Assembly: GCA_001661245.1 (NCBI GenBank)
Contig: KV454013.1
Span: 1,024,502 to 1,088,501 of the forward strand
Source of the DNA: Pachysolen tannophilus NRRL Y-2460
Taxonomy: Eukaryota
Direction of reading: 5' to 3'
DNA length: 64,000 nucleotides
Below the pieces are notes generated by a model. The model saw nothing but the letters and a program-made list of their open reading frames with translations. It was not told the DNA's origin and made no database searches. Below, piece by piece: positions 54,490 through 64,000 of this stretch (its first letter is position 1; each line of letters starts with the position of its first letter). Made by a program: the position numbers and the translations under genes.

Positions 54490-57400
54490 ATGTCTTCTAT
54501 GGATCCAGAATTGTACTTATATAACCTTACTTTAAATAAACCTTTTGCTTCTATTGGGTCAATTGTGGGTTATTTTACAAATGTTGATAAAAATTCACAA
54601 AAGAAGAGAAAATATCAAGAGTTGATAATTGCAACGAATTCTAGTTTACACTTGTACCGGTTGAATCCGAATGAAGGGAAGCTTATAAAGATATTGGAGC
54701 ATGATTGCTTTAGTGTGATTAGAGCTATTGATGTGTTTAGAGTACCAGGAGGTTCAAAAGATTGTGTGGTGTTAACATCTGATAGCGGTAATTTAACTTT
54801 ATTGACATTGAATCAAAGTAATACTAAATTTGAAATTATACATAATGAACCTTATGCTAAGACTGGATTGAGAAGGATTACTCCTGGGGAATATATTTCT
54901 GTTGATGGTAAAAATAGAGCGATGATGATATCCGCTATTGAAAAAAACAAGTTAATTTATATTTTGAACCGGGACAGTGATGATTCAATATTGATTTCAT
55001 CTCCATTAGAGGCAAATAAATCAAAGAATTTGACATTTTTCACTTGTGGTTTGGATGTAGGATATGATAATCCTTTATTTGTATCAATTGAATGCAATTA
55101 TGAAGATGATACAAATCAAGGTAAAAAATTTTTAAATTATTATCAATTAGATCTTGGTTTAAACCATGTTTTAAAGAAATATTCTGAACAAATTCCAGAT
55201 ACTTCAAACTATTTATTATCAATACCCGGAGGTGCTGATGGACCTTCTGGTGTATTACTATGTTCAAAAAATCTTATTCAATACAAGTTTTTAAATAAGA
55301 AAAATCATTCAATTCCATTACCAAGAAGAAGAAATCTGAATTTAGAAAGTTTTATTATAAGTGGTATAGTTCATAAGATGAAAGGTTCTTTCTTCATACT
55401 ACTACAAAATAACTTGGGAGATTTGTTCAAAATAACAATAGATTACAATTCAGAAACAATTGATAATCCAGGTGATGTTAATTCAATTGAAATTCAATAT
55501 TTTGATACATTGCCAATAACTAAAAAATTGTTAATTTTTAAATCTGGATTTTTGTTTGCTGATAGTGAAAATTCTGATAAATATTTATATCAGTTTGAAA
55601 AATTGGGCGATGATGATGAAAATGCGAAAAGTTGGAATTCTACTAATTATCCTGATGAAGAATCTGTGTTTGAAGATGAAGATGTAACTTTTGACATTAA
55701 GAGTTTGGATAATTTGGGGTTGGTAGATATCTTGGAGTCTATCAATCCAGTCGTTGATACAAAGTTATTAAAGTTGCCAAAGACAAGAGACGATAGCGAT
55801 TTAGAAGATATACCTACATTATACTCGCTTTGTGGAACAGGCGCAAGATCTTCCTTAAAAATTTTAAATCATGAAATCTTAACTAATGAATTGGTTTCAT
55901 CTGAATTACCAGCTGATGCTCAGAAAGTTTTTACCACAAAATTATCTTCTTCTGATGAATTTGATAAATACTTGGTTTTATCATTTGTAGATGGAACATT
56001 GGTGTTGAGTATAGGTGAGACCGTTGAAGAAGTTACAAATAGTGGGTTCTCATTAGCTTCTCCAACAGTTGGAGTTCAGCAACTAGGAACTAATTCAGTA
56101 GCACAGATTCATTCAAATGGCATTAGATATTTGACTTATGATAAGAATAATCAAGCAGCAGAACCTAACTTAACTGAATGGTTTCCTCCAGCAGGTATTA
56201 AAATTCAATCATGTTCATCAACGAGTACACAAATCATATTAGGGTTATCAAATAGAGAACTAGTTTATTTTGAGCTTGATGAGAAAGACGAGTTAATTGA
56301 ATTTAATCAAAGAGTTGAGATGTCAGCACAGATTTTGTCATTATCTTTAGGTGATTTGAACCTGAAAAATAAATTACGATCTAAATTTTTAGCTGTTGGT
56401 ACTGCAGATGAAATGATCAGCATATTGAGTTGTGACCCTGATGATTGTTTAGAAGTTTTATCTACTCAATTACTTAGTTCTCAACCATCTGATTTGATGA
56501 TTATGGAAATGCTGAATCAATATAGCTCTGGTATTAATTCTGAAGCCATTCCTTCTTCATCATCTTTGTATCTTCATATTGGTATGAAGGATGGTATATA
56601 TGCGAGAGTATTGTTAGATGAACGCTCTGGAGAGGTTTCAGATTCTAGAAGATGTGTGATCGGAACAAAACCTGTTAAATTAGCTCATGTAAATATATCA
56701 AATCAAAATATGATTATGATTTTTTCATCAAGGACTTTCATTGGTTTCAACAGTAAAATGTCGTCTTTAGCAAATGATTTCAAAGTCTTACCTTTAAAGG
56801 ATAAAATTTTTACTTATTCCTTTAATTTTAAAAGTGAAGATTGTCAGGAAAATGGTTGTGTTGGTGTTTATAGAAATAATTTGACAATCTTCACCATTAA
56901 CGAAGTGGCGAATGATTTATTAATCGAAAGCATTGGGCTAAGATATACTCCTAAGAAGATGTGTGAATCTAATAAAGACAATGGAATTATGTATGTTATT
57001 GAAAGTGATTACAATATCACTTCACCTTTTGTCAAAGAAGATGTAGCTGAAGAAGATTTAAAGAATGGTCAACAAATAGAACATGATGAAAACGAGGATG
57101 TTGAAATTTATCAGCAATTTGGATATCCTCAAGAACAGAATAAGTGGGGGTCTTGTATTCAAGTTGTATCTACGATTGACAAGTCAATTTTACAAACTGT
57201 GGAGTTGATTAATGGGAACCAAGCTGCTTTTAGTTTAACCCAATGTACTTTTAAGAAGGAAGATAATGGCGATGAAAGTGAAGGAGAAGACTATTTGATA
57301 GTTGGTGTATCATCAAATCAAACTTTTTTACCAAATGGATCAACGGAAAATTGCTTGTTATGTTTCAAAATATTGTCCAATGGTTTATTGAAATTTATCC

Positions 57401-58254
57401 ACAAGACCAAGACAGACTCGTTACCTTTAGCGATGACTAGTTTCCAAAATAAACTATTAATTGGGTTGCAAAATAATTTAATTTTGTATGATTTAGGTTT
57501 GAAACAATTATTAAGAAAGTCTTTTGCATCTTTAAATTGTAAGCAAATAGTTAAGATTGAGGTGATGAAAGATAGGGTTGTCATTGGTGATATCAGGAAC
57601 AGTATAATTTTTTTAACGTATACACTGCTTGATAACAAGTTTATACCTTTCATTGAGGATGTGATGTCCAGACATATAACTACGTTCAAGATGATTGATT
57701 ATGACACCGTTATAGGAGGTGATAAATTTGGTAATATCTTTTTGTTGAGATGTAGTTCGGAAGCTTCCGATATGACAGTTGAAGATAATCATGGAACATA
57801 CTTACTGACAAAGGAGAAATTTTTAAATGGTGCTCCTTATAGATTAAACAATCTTTGTAATTTTTACTTACAAGATATTCCTACATCATTTAATAAAGGG
57901 CAGCTAAGTTTAAATAGCTATAGTGGTTCTGATTCTCTCATATATACGGGATTACAAGGAACCATAGGTATATTATTACCAATGGTTTTCAAATCAGAGA
58001 TTACATTTTTTGTTAAACTTCAAAATCTTTTAAGAGAAGAGTTACTGGAGTATGGATATTTGATTACAGGAAGAGATAATTTAAAGTATAGGAGTTATTA
58101 CTCCCCTACAAAGGGAGTAATTGATGGAGATTTGATTGAAAAATTTTCTATGTTAAATTACAGTGGTAAATCCAAGATTTCTAAGATATTGGATAGGACT
58201 CCAAAAGAAGTGGAAAAGAAAATCATTGAGATGAGGTTAAGAGTTTACTTTTGA
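54490..58254 (+). CDS. RSE1: U2 snRNP SF3b subunit Rse1 (SF3B3)
   Basis: ATG at 54490. LYLYNLTL, LTSDSG, KTGLRRITPGEY, ISSPLEA, LDLGLNHV, GGDKFGN and YRSYYSP.KGVIDGDL.E.F. Confidence 0.96.
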   Translation: MSSMDPELYLYNLTLNKPFASIGSIVGYFTNVDKNSQKKRKYQELIIATNSSLHLYRLNPNEGKLIKILEHDCFSVIRAIDVFRVPGGSKDCVVLTSDSGNLTLLTLNQSNTKFEIIHNEPYAKTGLRRITPGEYISVDGKNRAMMISAIEKNKLIYILNRDSDDSILISSPLEANKSKNLTFFTCGLDVGYDNPLFVSIECNYEDDTNQGKKFLNYYQLDLGLNHVLKKYSEQIPDTSNYLLSIPGGADGPSGVLLCSKNLIQYKFLNKKNHSIPLPRRRNLNLESFIISGIVHKMKGSFFILLQNNLGDLFKITIDYNSETIDNPGDVNSIEIQYFDTLPITKKLLIFKSGFLFADSENSDKYLYQFEKLGDDDENAKSWNSTNYPDEESVFEDEDVTFDIKSLDNLGLVDILESINPVVDTKLLKLPKTRDDSDLEDIPTLYSLCGTGARSSLKILNHEILTNELVSSELPADAQKVFTTKLSSSDEFDKYLVLSFVDGTLVLSIGETVEEVTNSGFSLASPTVGVQQLGTNSVAQIHSNGIRYLTYDKNNQAAEPNLTEWFPPAGIKIQSCSSTSTQIILGLSNRELVYFELDEKDELIEFNQRVEMSAQILSLSLGDLNLKNKLRSKFLAVGTADEMISILSCDPDDCLEVLSTQLLSSQPSDLMIMEMLNQYSSGINSEAIPSSSSLYLHIGMKDGIYARVLLDERSGEVSDSRRCVIGTKPVKLAHVNISNQNMIMIFSSRTFIGFNSKMSSLANDFKVLPLKDKIFTYSFNFKSEDCQENGCVGVYRNNLTIFTINEVANDLLIESIGLRYTPKKMCESNKDNGIMYVIESDYNITSPFVKEDVAEEDLKNGQQIEHDENEDVEIYQQFGYPQEQNKWGSCIQVVSTIDKSILQTVELINGNQAAFSLTQCTFKKEDNGDESEGEDYLIVGVSSNQTFLPNGSTENCLLCFKILSNGLLKFIHKTKTDSLPLAMTSFQNKLLIGLQNNLILYDLGLKQLLRKSFASLNCKQIVKIEVMKDRVVIGDIRNSIIFLTYTLLDNKFIPFIEDVMSRHITTFKMIDYDTVIGGDKFGNIFLLRCSSEASDMTVEDNHGTYLLTKEKFLNGAPYRLNNLCNFYLQDIPTSFNKGQLSLNSYSGSDSLIYTGLQGTIGILLPMVFKSEITFFVKLQNLLREELLEYGYLITGRDNLKYRSYYSPTKGVIDGDLIEKFSMLNYSGKSKISKILDRTPKEVEKKIIEMRLRVYF

Positions 58255-58401
58255 ATAAAAAAATTTTTTATAGATATTAATTTGTAATATTAGAATAAAT
58301 AAATAAGAAAAAAGACAATAGTTTTAAAATAATAATAAAAAAAAAAGGAAAAGAATTTACAAGAATTTTGTTCTATAGCTCATATATCCAAGAATAACTT
58401 T

Positions 58402-59322
58402 TTAGCTTCCTCTATACAATTCTTTAATGATTCTACCGTTGAAGACAGTTTCGGTAACAATTCCCTCACAGTTAACAGGGAAAACTCTTCCATACCAAAT
58501 ACTTTCACCTTTTTCATTGAAATAAATAACATTTCCGGCAAATGCGTGACCACCAATATGTGAGATAATACCAACTTTAATATCTTTGTTGGTCAATTGC
58601 TTTGATTTTAAAATTTTATGAAATTCATCACAAAGAGCTGGTCCCAATATTCCACATCGCACATCTCTTTTCATGTGACCACAAGCTAATAATAATTTAC
58701 TAGTATTATCATAATTCTCAAAAGATTCTTGTAATTGCAATCTTTCAGCTTCTGTTTCAGCATCCAATGGATATAAGAAAGCGTTTATAAAGTTTTTCAA
58801 TGTTTGTTCATCTTTCATTAAATTTTTGGGAAATTTAATTAATTTATTATCCGGATATAACAATAGTTGAATATAATCTTCAAAATCATTTTCAATATCA
58901 TTGAAAAAATTTTGATTTTCCTTCAAGGAAACGTTAGATATCAGTACTGGATGATATGGAGAAGTCAAACTTCTTTTAAATTTAGAAAATTGTGAAAGTA
59001 AACTCTCTGTATCTGACTCAATTCTCGATTCCCAATCTTTTGGAGATTTCTCTTTATCTAATATCAACAAGTGTTTCCAAATATTAGCCTTTGATGAAGC
59101 CAATGGCCTACTGGTATCTATCTGCTTTGAAGGTGGAAACTCGAAATCTGATATACAAGCACATGAAGCTTCAACTTCAGGAGTTATTGGGCATTTTTCA
59201 ACAAATACTGGATTCAATGGATTTAACGATTTTTGAAAATTGATCATGATTGAAAAACCTCTTTTAAAATTATTTACAAAACACAATTTTCTTACTGCAC
59301 CCATCATTTTCATCCTTAACAT
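58402..59322 (-). CDS. AIM32: Mitochondrial thioredoxin-like [2Fe-2S] protein Aim32/Apd1 family
   Basis: Basic presequence-like N-terminus, CGHMKRDVRCG, SHIGGHAFAGN and WYGRV. Convergent with RSE1 as in S. cerevisiae. The exact start Met is uncertain. Confidence 0.87.
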   Translation of the reverse strand: MLRMKMMGAVRKLCFVNNFKRGFSIMINFQKSLNPLNPVFVEKCPITPEVEASCACISDFEFPPSKQIDTSRPLASSKANIWKHLLILDKEKSPKDWESRIESDTESLLSQFSKFKRSLTSPYHPVLISNVSLKENQNFFNDIENDFEDYIQLLLYPDNKLIKFPKNLMKDEQTLKNFINAFLYPLDAETEAERLQLQESFENYDNTSKLLLACGHMKRDVRCGILGPALCDEFHKILKSKQLTNKDIKVGIISHIGGHAFAGNVIYFNEKGESIWYGRVFPVNCEGIVTETVFNGRIIKELYRGS

Positions 59323-59826
59323 TTCCTCAACCTCTTTGACTTCTCCATTATCTTATTTTTTCAAACTATTTGAACAAAACTCTCAATGTGATCTCTAACC
59401 ATCATAATATATATACAAAATTATTAGGAAAAGAGAGAGAGAGAGAGAGAAAAAGGAGATAAGAGCCATTACTCCTTTTGGAAATAATATTTTTTTTTTA
59501 ATTTTCTTTATCTCCGGCAAATTCCTCTTTAAGAAATTGAGTTATTGGTGCACACCTTTAGTAATATTGTATAATAAAAATTACTCTTTTGGGAACTCTT
59601 TGGTGGGTTGGGACACGACTAGAAATTTGATAAATTTTTTTTTAAGTGATAAATTAGTAAATTGGGGAACGACCTAAATTTCTTATCAAATCAATGGCAG
59701 AAAGTAGGCGGAAAGTAGAAGGTAAGCACCGCAGGAGATTTCAAGGGTCTGGCGGAAAAAAATAGTGGGAAGCGAGGGAGAGATGGTACTCAGAGATTGC
59801 GGGTTCGGCTGGTGGGAGGAAAACAG

Positions 59827-59946
59827 GCCAGAGATCCCACTAGGGAGCCGGCGCGAGAGTTGGCCAGAGAGTTGGCTAAGGCCCCGGCTAGAGAGCCCGC
59901 TAGAGAACAGGGAAAAGAGCAGGAGGAACAACAGGAGAAAGAGCTG
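59827..59946 (+). repeat. Degenerate 12-bp tandem repeat (10 units) within a GC-rich island
   Basis: gccagagatccc/actagggagccg/gcgcgagagttg/gccagagagttg/gctaaggccccg/gctagagagccc/gctagagaacag/ggaaaagagcag/gaggaacaacag/gagaaagagctg. Confidence 0.7.
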
Positions 59947-60103
59947 GACCAATCCGCCTTTTCCTGAATCAATTGGAATAGTTTTAATTTAATTTATAAT
60001 TGCTCTTCAACACAAGAGAATTACCACACAATTAATTAATTTCTAATCCTATTTTCATGATTTTAGTATTCTTTTATAGACCAAGAAGGATTTTCCCATA
60101 AAA

Positions 60104-61069
60104 ATGTTCAAAGTTTACTTGAAAGTTGGTATTCAAAAAAGAGGATTTTCATGTTTTAGACCTTTATCCATAAGCAATAAAGATGACCCATATTCATTAG
60201 AGATAGATACAGTACCGTTAGCATATGATCTTTATGAGCCAACAAGCTCTTTCAGTTCAAGTTTTAATAATTCTCCAATTATTTTTTTACATGGACTTTT
60301 TGGGAACAAATTAAATAATAGAGCTTCTTCAAGACAATTATCTAAATTATTGAATAAATCTGTTTATGCATTGGATTTAAGAAATCATGGTCTTTCACCA
60401 CATGCAAATAGAAATGATACACCATCTTTAGCAGCAGATGTAGAAAATTTCATAATTGAAAATAAGTTGAACAAACCAATAGTTATTGGTCATTCAATGG
60501 GTGCTAAGCTGGCAATGGCAATTTCTTTAAGAAGACCAAATTTATTAAGTCAAGTAATTTCTGTTGATAATGTTCCAGCAATTAATACCAAGACTATCGA
60601 TGAATTTGAAAAATTTGCCAAATATATTCATCAATTGAAAAAAATTACTACACAAATCACTCCAAAACCTGTAGAGTCTTTAGAAGAAGCTGATCATGTA
60701 TTAAGTTCTGTTGAAAGTGATAGATTAATTAGACAATTTGTATTAACAAATATTAAAAGAGATTATAGTAAGAAAAATATCGGTCATACACCTTTGGTAT
60801 TACACAGTAGAATCCCTTTGGAAATCATCTTGAAAAATTTGGAGAATATTAGAAGTTGGGAATTCGATTCCAAAAAATCTACTTGGAATGGTCCAACGTT
60901 ATTAGTTAGAGGTTTGAAATCTAAATTTGTCCCCAATGAAGATTTACCTAAAATGAAACAATTCTTCCCCAATTATGACTTGGCTAGTATTGATTCTGGA
61001 CATTGGATCATCAGCGAGAAGCACCAGGAATTCATCAACGTTGTAGGTAAATGGATAAAAGAGCATTAA
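60104..61069 (+). CDS. Mitochondrial alpha/beta hydrolase, ABHD11/Imo32(Eat1)-like esterase or alcohol acyltransferase
   Basis: Presequence-like N-terminus, LAYD, FLHGLFG, DLRNHGLSP, the GHSMG nucleophile elbow, and SGHW. Confidence 0.9.
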   Translation: MFKVYLKVGIQKRGFSCFRPLSISNKDDPYSLEIDTVPLAYDLYEPTSSFSSSFNNSPIIFLHGLFGNKLNNRASSRQLSKLLNKSVYALDLRNHGLSPHANRNDTPSLAADVENFIIENKLNKPIVIGHSMGAKLAMAISLRRPNLLSQVISVDNVPAINTKTIDEFEKFAKYIHQLKKITTQITPKPVESLEEADHVLSSVESDRLIRQFVLTNIKRDYSKKNIGHTPLVLHSRIPLEIILKNLENIRSWEFDSKKSTWNGPTLLVRGLKSKFVPNEDLPKMKQFFPNYDLASIDSGHWIISEKHQEFINVVGKWIKEH

Positions 61070-61233
61070 TTTATATAATTTATAGACATAAGAAACAGTT
61101 TATTTATAATGGGTGAAAAAAAAAATAGATAAAATTAAAATAAAATCAACTTGTAAAAATATACAAATAACCTTTTAATTCAAAGCAAGTGTGTGAAGCA
61201 AGAACTCTTTTCTTCTTTACTATCTTTAAAGAT

Positions 61234-61809
61234 ATGAGTAGCAAGTTATGTGGAATATGTAATTCCAATGAGTCAAGATATAAATGTCCTAAATGTGGAA
61301 TAAAATAGTATGTTAATTCCATAATATATCTTTTTAACAATACAATTTTTTTACTAACTTTGGTATATAATTATAGTTGTTCGGTGACTTGTTTTAAATC
61401 TGAACTGCACATCCATGATCATACCAAAGAGACCGATGTTAATGGGGAAAATGTTATTAGCTTAGAGCCTCAAGAGGATCATGATGTTGAAAGTGGTTCT
61501 GGTACTAGTGTTGATGATGATGATAAATTATTTCAAAAACTTTTAAATGATCCAAAAATTAAGCTGTTATTACAAGAAAAGACATTAAGATTCCACCTAA
61601 CGGTATTATTCAAGATTTTAAATGATCCAAAAATTCTTTCTAAAGAATATGATAAGGAAAATAGATTAGAAATTGCCAATAAGAAATTGGTGAATCTTAG
61701 AGTTAAAGGTATAGAAGAAAATGAATTAGTTGAAGAATTTTGCTGTCGAGTAATTGAACTATTGGAAGAAGATGATAAAAGAGACAAGAATGATAATTTA
61801 CGGATATGA
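61234..61809 (+). CDS. HIT1: zf-HIT box C/D snoRNP assembly factor Hit1; exons 61234-61307 and 61377-61809 (168 aa)
   Basis: The spliced product MSSKLCGICNSNESRYKCPKCGIKY|CSVTCFK completes a HIT zinc finger. The C-terminus has L..LR..G.EENELVEEFC. Confidence 0.9.
61308..61376 (+). other. Spliceosomal intron of HIT1 (69 nt)
   Basis: GTATGT at 61308, TACTAAC at 61352-61358, TAG ending at 61376. Confidence 0.93.
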
Positions 61810-61941
61810 ATTTATGTAATAATACAATTAAATAAGTTTTTAGCAAAGCAAAAAGACAAAAAAAAAAAAGCAAATAAAATGAAAATTAAGGATTAAATAG
61901 CTATGTTATTGATAAATATTGATTATTTAATTTAATTTAAT

Positions 61942-62931
61942 TTAATTAATTAAATCTTCAACATTCCCTCCCCAGATATTTTTAGGTAAACCACGAACAT
62001 CTGAATCCAAAACCACTTTGAAAATGGCACCACCTAAATCTCCAGGTTCACTTGCAAGTTTATCAACATCATCTAGATGTAAATCAGCGCTTGTAACAAA
62101 CAACTCATTAAAATTTTTACCTCCAATTATTGGACAAGTTACTCTTTTTGCAGGAAAGATAAATTTTTCCATTAATTTTCCTTCAAGATTGAATCTTAAA
62201 ACTTTCCCTGTAGACCAGACAGCTGTATAAATATCACCATTCAGTGCCATGGCAAATCCATCTGGTTCTGGAGATTCATCTTCTGGGCAAAAATCTTTCA
62301 TATTTATAAGAGGTTGCTTATTAGAAATTTCCCCAGTATTGGAATCATAATCAAATTTCCAAATTGTATAAGTACCACTATCAGTCCAATAAAACTTATT
62401 ATCTTTCCAAGCCATACCATTTGGTATATAACAATTTTTAATTAAAGTATCAATTGAAAAATCTTTATGATTAACTCTATATTGAAATCCATTTGGTCCA
62501 ACAGAAGGTTGATCAAAATTGTCCATTGTTCCAACCCAAAAATTCCCCTTATCATCAATTGATCCATCATTTGATCTTAAACTAATATTATATGTTTCAG
62601 AGGGGAAAAATAATTTGTATTTAAATTCTTTTGTCTTAAAATTAACAAAACCAACTCCCTTTTGACAACCAACTATATAAATATCATTATCTGAAGTAAG
62701 ACCAATCACACCACAAGAATCCTCAACTTTGACAACTTCATGAGTTGATAACATCTCTTTAACATTTTCTTCATCATTCAGCGGTAAAAAAACTCTATGT
62801 ACTTCACCAGCTATAATATCAACCCATAGAAAAGAATGATTTAAATGATTATAAGTTGCACCTTCAGGTAATCTCGAACCTTTTAAACTAATAAATGGAA
62901 CTTCAACTTTAACCAACTTGACTGAAGACAT
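61942..62931 (-). CDS. SMP-30/regucalcin/gluconolactonase-family six-bladed beta-propeller
   Basis: ATG at 62931. LPEG, WVDI, RSNDGSID..G.FWVGTM, IPNGMAW, YWTDS, PDG and TCP..GG....LFVTSA. Confidence 0.92.
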   Translation of the reverse strand: MSSVKLVKVEVPFISLKGSRLPEGATYNHLNHSFLWVDIIAGEVHRVFLPLNDEENVKEMLSTHEVVKVEDSCGVIGLTSDNDIYIVGCQKGVGFVNFKTKEFKYKLFFPSETYNISLRSNDGSIDDKGNFWVGTMDNFDQPSVGPNGFQYRVNHKDFSIDTLIKNCYIPNGMAWKDNKFYWTDSGTYTIWKFDYDSNTGEISNKQPLINMKDFCPEDESPEPDGFAMALNGDIYTAVWSTGKVLRFNLEGKLMEKFIFPAKRVTCPIIGGKNFNELFVTSADLHLDDVDKLASEPGDLGGAIFKVVLDSDVRGLPKNIWGGNVEDLIN

Positions 62932-63366
62932 CCTTCCCTTCTCAAACAAACTGATATTACAATTACAATTGGTAAATTCAAATGATTAAATTAAATAACT
63001 TTTACAAAAGATTTGATCCTTTATCTTTTACGCCTAAAAACAAAAAAAAAAATTATTTTAATTATTTACAACCAATTTGAAGATATAATAATAAGTTTTA
63101 ATACTAAAAGCTAATAATTGAAAATATGGAAACTAATTAAACTGAACGATATAGTAAATACGGATATGGAGTTAATCGATAGTAAACCCAAAGAAACAGC
63201 TAATAAAAGATATAAAGAAAGAAAAGAAAAGAAAAGAAAAGAAAAAAAAAACGAAAAGTATTAGTTAATTGTAATTAATTAAATTTTGATGAATGAAAAA
63301 AAAAAAAAAACACACACACAGATCACTTGTGATGGTGTCTTTTGTTAGTACTGTTTGAAGACCTAT

Positions 63367-64000
63367 TTATTCTTCTTCAATATCACCATCTCCTCTTTCG
63401 AGTCTTTGTTGGACGATTTCTTTTATTTCGTCATTACTTTCTAAAGGACCAAATTTTCTAAACAATTTAATATCTTGAGCAACGTTACTTGAACCTTTAG
63501 ATATTTTATTTTGGAAAATTGATTCAATTTTAGAAATATAATCATAATTTAATTTGAATTTGTTTAACTTTCTCATTTTTTCTAAAGTTAAAGCATTTTT
63601 TTCTTCTTGAGTTGTTGGGATTTTTGTATTAAAACCTTCATCTTTACCTAAATCAACACCTGTTCTTCTTAATCTTCTCAATAAACCAGATTTGTTGGCC
63701 TCAACAACACCACCAGCTTGTTTAATTTTTAATTCTCTATAATATTCCTTATATTCATCAATAGTTCCCTTTTTCGATCCAGTCCATCCAATTGATAATA
63801 ATTCATCTTTTGTAACATCCAGCTTTTTACCTATAATATCTAAAGGATTTAAAGAATAAGGATTAAATATACCAGAATACAAGAAACCAAACACAAATAA
63901 AACTTTTAATAAATGCAATGCAAAGAAAAAGCATTGTCTCGGTATTGAAATTATTTCAATAGTTTCCAGATATAAAGATTCACTTAATCCTTTATTATCC
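63367..64000 (-). CDS. 3' part of an unidentified, probably membrane-anchored protein (5' end beyond the window)
   Basis: The frame stays open to the window edge (…DNKGLSESLYAETIEIISIPRQCFFFALHLLKVLFVFGFLYSG…). A hydrophobic segment is followed by a soluble C-terminus. Family not recognised. Confidence 0.7.
   Translation of the reverse strand, partial: DNKGLSESLYLETIEIISIPRQCFFFALHLLKVLFVFGFLYSGIFNPYSLNPLDIIGKKLDVTKDELLSIGWTGSKKGTIDEYKEYYRELKIKQAGGVVEANKSGLLRRLRRTGVDLGKDEGFNTKIPTTQEEKNALTLEKMRKLNKFKLNYDYISKIESIFQNKISKGSSNVAQDIKLFRKFGPLESNDEIKEIVQQRLERGDGDIEEE

Noticed and set aside
59686..59992. Track ORFs of 60-88 aa over the GC-rich island
   Set aside because: They have non-ATG starts or are antisense/alternative frames of the 12-bp repeat. 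The ATG-to-TGA frameshifted reading fits the compositional boundaries better.
1..64000. tRNA, rRNA, LTR/transposon or CRISPR features
   Set aside because: By eye I found no cloverleaf with A/B boxes, no LTR pairs, no transposase/RT ORFs and no repeat-spacer arrays.

Overview
This is a 64-kb, AT-rich, gene-dense window from a budding-yeast (Saccharomycotina) nuclear chromosome. It holds about 21 protein-coding genes, two short spliceosomal introns and one 607-nt N gap. No tRNA, rRNA, transposon or CRISPR was seen. CTG codons fall at positions where homologues have Ala, so the organism very probably uses the CUG=Ala code (Pachysolen/Nakazawaea/Peterozyma clade). The supplied ORF track therefore mistranslates CTG as Leu. 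Gene order: SMF3-like (partial), SMF1, PIR, SWM1/APC13, MLH2-like, STT4, ACE2/SWI5, POM152, MATE transporter, FAS1-domain protein, HSL1, GLT1, CLG1, NAT purine permease, INO80, LSB6, RSE1, AIM32, IMO32-like hydrolase, HIT1, regucalcin, and a partial unknown gene. There are two main structural anomalies. (1) An apparent ~980-bp inversion (~8740-9723) cuts the MutL/MLH2-like gene in two, puts its 3' third on the opposite strand and flips the STT4 upstream region. (2) A ~275-bp GC-rich island (59694-59967) has 12-bp periodicity and reads as a one-base-frameshifted ~90-aa basic/charged ORF. All homology calls come from recalled family motifs, not database searches.
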